A DNA stretch of 64,000 nucleotides from Verrucomicrobiota bacterium (GTDB lineage Bacteria > Verrucomicrobiota > Verrucomicrobiia > Opitutales > Coraliomargaritaceae): contig JBCBZJ010000003.1 in NCBI GenBank assembly GCA_039815375.1, positions 128,001 through 192,000 of the forward strand, in the 5' to 3' direction. How positions within the stretch are numbered: the stretch's first letter is position 1; each line of letters opens with the position of its first letter. The notes below the pieces were generated by a model. That model worked only from the letters and a program-made list of their open reading frames with translations, did no database searches and was not told where the DNA came from. This document shows, one piece after another, positions 62,157 to 64,000 of the stretch. Both the position numbers and the translations under genes were made by a program.

Positions 62157-62969
62157 TTAGTCGTAAGTTTGGGGTTTCGCGGGTGGTCCGTCAACGGCGA
62201 GTAGGCAGTGGCCCTCGGATTCGATCCAGCGGGCTTGCACGTGGTAAACCTCGCGGATCAGTTCCGGGGTGAGAATTTCCTTGGGCTCGCCGCGATTGAA
62301 AACGCGGCCCTCGTGCATAACGGTGACAGTGCGCGCATAGCGCATGGCCTGATTGAGATCGTGCAGGACCATGAGGACGGCGGCGCCGGCTTCGGCCCAT
62401 TCGTTTGCGATGTCAAAGACCAGTTGCTGGAAAGTAAGGTCAAGGCTTGCAGTAGGCTCGTCGAGCAGGAGGACTCGACCTTCGGGTTGCTCGAGCTGCG
62501 CAAGGACTCTTGCCAGATGCACGCGTTGCTTCTCGCCGCCGGAAAGGTGAAGGTAGCCTTCGTCGATCCGGGCCAGGAGGCCGACTTTGTCAAGTGCGGC
62601 TTCCACGGCAACTTTGGTGGCCGCGTCGCTTTCCCGGTGAGGGTGGCGCCCGAGACTCACCACCTCTCGAATCGTGAAGGGAAAGGCAAGCGAAGAGGAC
62701 TGGGGAAGGCAGGCCCGACGGGTTGCCAGTTCGATGCTGTCGTAGTCGGCAAAAGCTTTGCCATCAAGCGTGATGGTGCCTGCGTCGAGTATGGTTTCCC
62801 CGGTAAGCGCGCGGAGCAAGGTGCTCTTGCCGGCGCCGTTGGGACCGACAATTACGTCGAGCGAACCGGGCAGCAATGAAAGTTCGATTTCCTCGATCAG
62901 GACTTTCCCCTCGGCAATGACGGTCAGCCCCTTCGCGTTTAAAAGGCAACTCTGCTCCGGGTTCTTCAT
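62157..62969 (-). CDS. hmuV: Heme ABC transporter ATP-binding protein
   Basis: GPNGAGKSTL, LPQSSSLAFPF, LSGGEKQRVHLARVLAQL, VLHDLN. Confidence 0.9.
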   Translation of the reverse strand: MKNPEQSCLLNAKGLTVIAEGKVLIEEIELSLLPGSLDVIVGPNGAGKSTLLRALTGETILDAGTITLDGKAFADYDSIELATRRACLPQSSSLAFPFTIREVVSLGRHPHRESDAATKVAVEAALDKVGLLARIDEGYLHLSGGEKQRVHLARVLAQLEQPEGRVLLLDEPTASLDLTFQQLVFDIANEWAEAGAAVLMVLHDLNQAMRYARTVTVMHEGRVFNRGEPKEILTPELIREVYHVQARWIESEGHCLLAVDGPPAKPQTYD

Positions 62970-64000
62970 ACACCGAGTGAGTTCGCTCTGCCGCGTCTCG
63001 CTCCGATCAGAAGAGCGAGAAAGAAGGGGCCGCCGATGATTGCGGTCAAAATTCCGATTTGCAGTTCAGCGGGGGCGAGTAGGCTGCGGGCGAATACGTC
63101 TGCCACGATCAGAGTGATGGCGCCGAGCAGGCCTCCGGCGGGAATGAGCATGCGATGGTCCGGCCCGAGGGCGATGCGGATGATGTGCGGCACCACAAGT
63201 CCGATAAATCCGATGATTCCGCAGAATGCGACCGTGGCTCCGACCATCACGGCGCTGACAATAATGACTGCGCGCTTGACCCGCTGGACTTTGATACCGA
63301 GATGGAAGGCTTCGGTCTCACCGAGGAGGAAGGCGTTGAGGGCCCGGTCCTGCCGCAGGGCGAAGGCCGCCGGAATGAGAATCAGGGCGGCGAGCAGGAG
63401 TGTATTGTTCCAGTTTGCACCCGAGAGGCTGCCGAGAGTCCAAAAAGTGATGGTTCGCAGCTGCTCATCGCTTGCGAAGATGGTGACGATCAACCCGACA
63501 AAGGCGCTACCAATCGCATTGACCGCAATTCCAGTCAGCAGCATGGCGGGCACATGGGTTCGCCCACGCACAAGTGATACCTGATAAATAATAAAGGTCA
63601 GGCCGATGGCACCCGCCATCGCAAGTACAGGTAGGCCGAACCAGCTGATCGCTGAGCCAAGCGGTTCGGGAAGCGCCAGTGTTGCGACCAGTGCAGGCAG
63701 GGCAACGATCGCAATGACAGCTCCCATCGCGCCTCCGCTTGAAACGCCGATCAGGGCAGGGTCAGCGAGAGGGTTACGAAAGAGCCCCTGAAGCAGAGCC
63801 CCGGAAAGTGATAGCGCAACACCGATAAGAAAACCGGTCAGGAGTCGGGGCAGCCGAATTTCGCGGATAACGATACTCTTGAACTCGGCCGCTGCGGAAG
63901 AATCGCTTCCGCTAAAAGCAATAAGGACGTCTTGGATATCCGTGTCCACGGCACCGCTTTTCAGCGACCAGAACGAAACAATCAGGAGAATGGCTCCGAG
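62966..64000 (-). CDS. hmuU: Heme/iron chelate ABC permease (FecCD family), 5' end outside the window
   Basis: IRLPR, QGLFRNPLADP, GFIGLVVPH, GGPFF; frame open to the window end. Confidence 0.88.
   Translation of the reverse strand, partial: LGAILLIVSFWSLKSGAVDTDIQDVLIAFSGSDSSAAAEFKSIVIREIRLPRLLTGFLIGVALSLSGALLQGLFRNPLADPALIGVSSGGAMGAVIAIVALPALVATLALPEPLGSAISWFGLPVLAMAGAIGLTFIIYQVSLVRGRTHVPAMLLTGIAVNAIGSAFVGLIVTIFASDEQLRTITFWTLGSLSGANWNNTLLLAALILIPAAFALRQDRALNAFLLGETEAFHLGIKVQRVKRAVIIVSAVMVGATVAFCGIIGFIGLVVPHIIRIALGPDHRMLIPAGGLLGAITLIVADVFARSLLAPAELQIGILTAIIGGPFFLALLIGARRGRANSLGV

Overview
A gene-dense bacterial chromosomal window. A PEP-CTERM protein, Opitutales-type C-terminal tails and the overall gene set point to Verrucomicrobiota, probably Opitutales/Coraliomargarita-like (inference). 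The first 32 kb is mostly housekeeping: ychF, nusA-infB-rbfA-DHH-truB-ribF-RluA, panB-gpsA, purA-guaB, menC-menE and ppnP. It also carries an NDH-2/cNMP/CBS fusion, a sugar transferase-ACP-SDR-ligase module, a stand-alone OvoA-type methyltransferase and several gene scars, including a decayed vapBC. The 32.5-37.7 kb stretch is an integrase-less array of co-oriented gene cassettes separated by attC-like palindromes; one cassette has no gene. The 40-64 kb stretch is the best candidate for an undescribed system. It holds an operon of two divergent HemS/ChuS-fold-like proteins sharing a CxxCGSPG motif, flanking a flavodoxin and an NDH-2. It also holds an oversized glutamate synthase large subunit paired with a CysJ-like diflavin reductase instead of GltD, behind a highly structured 5' leader. 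fumC, an RND system and a heme uptake/utilisation operon follow. Together these suggest an iron-sparing, flavin-for-Fe-S module. All family calls come from motif recognition by eye; no searches were run.
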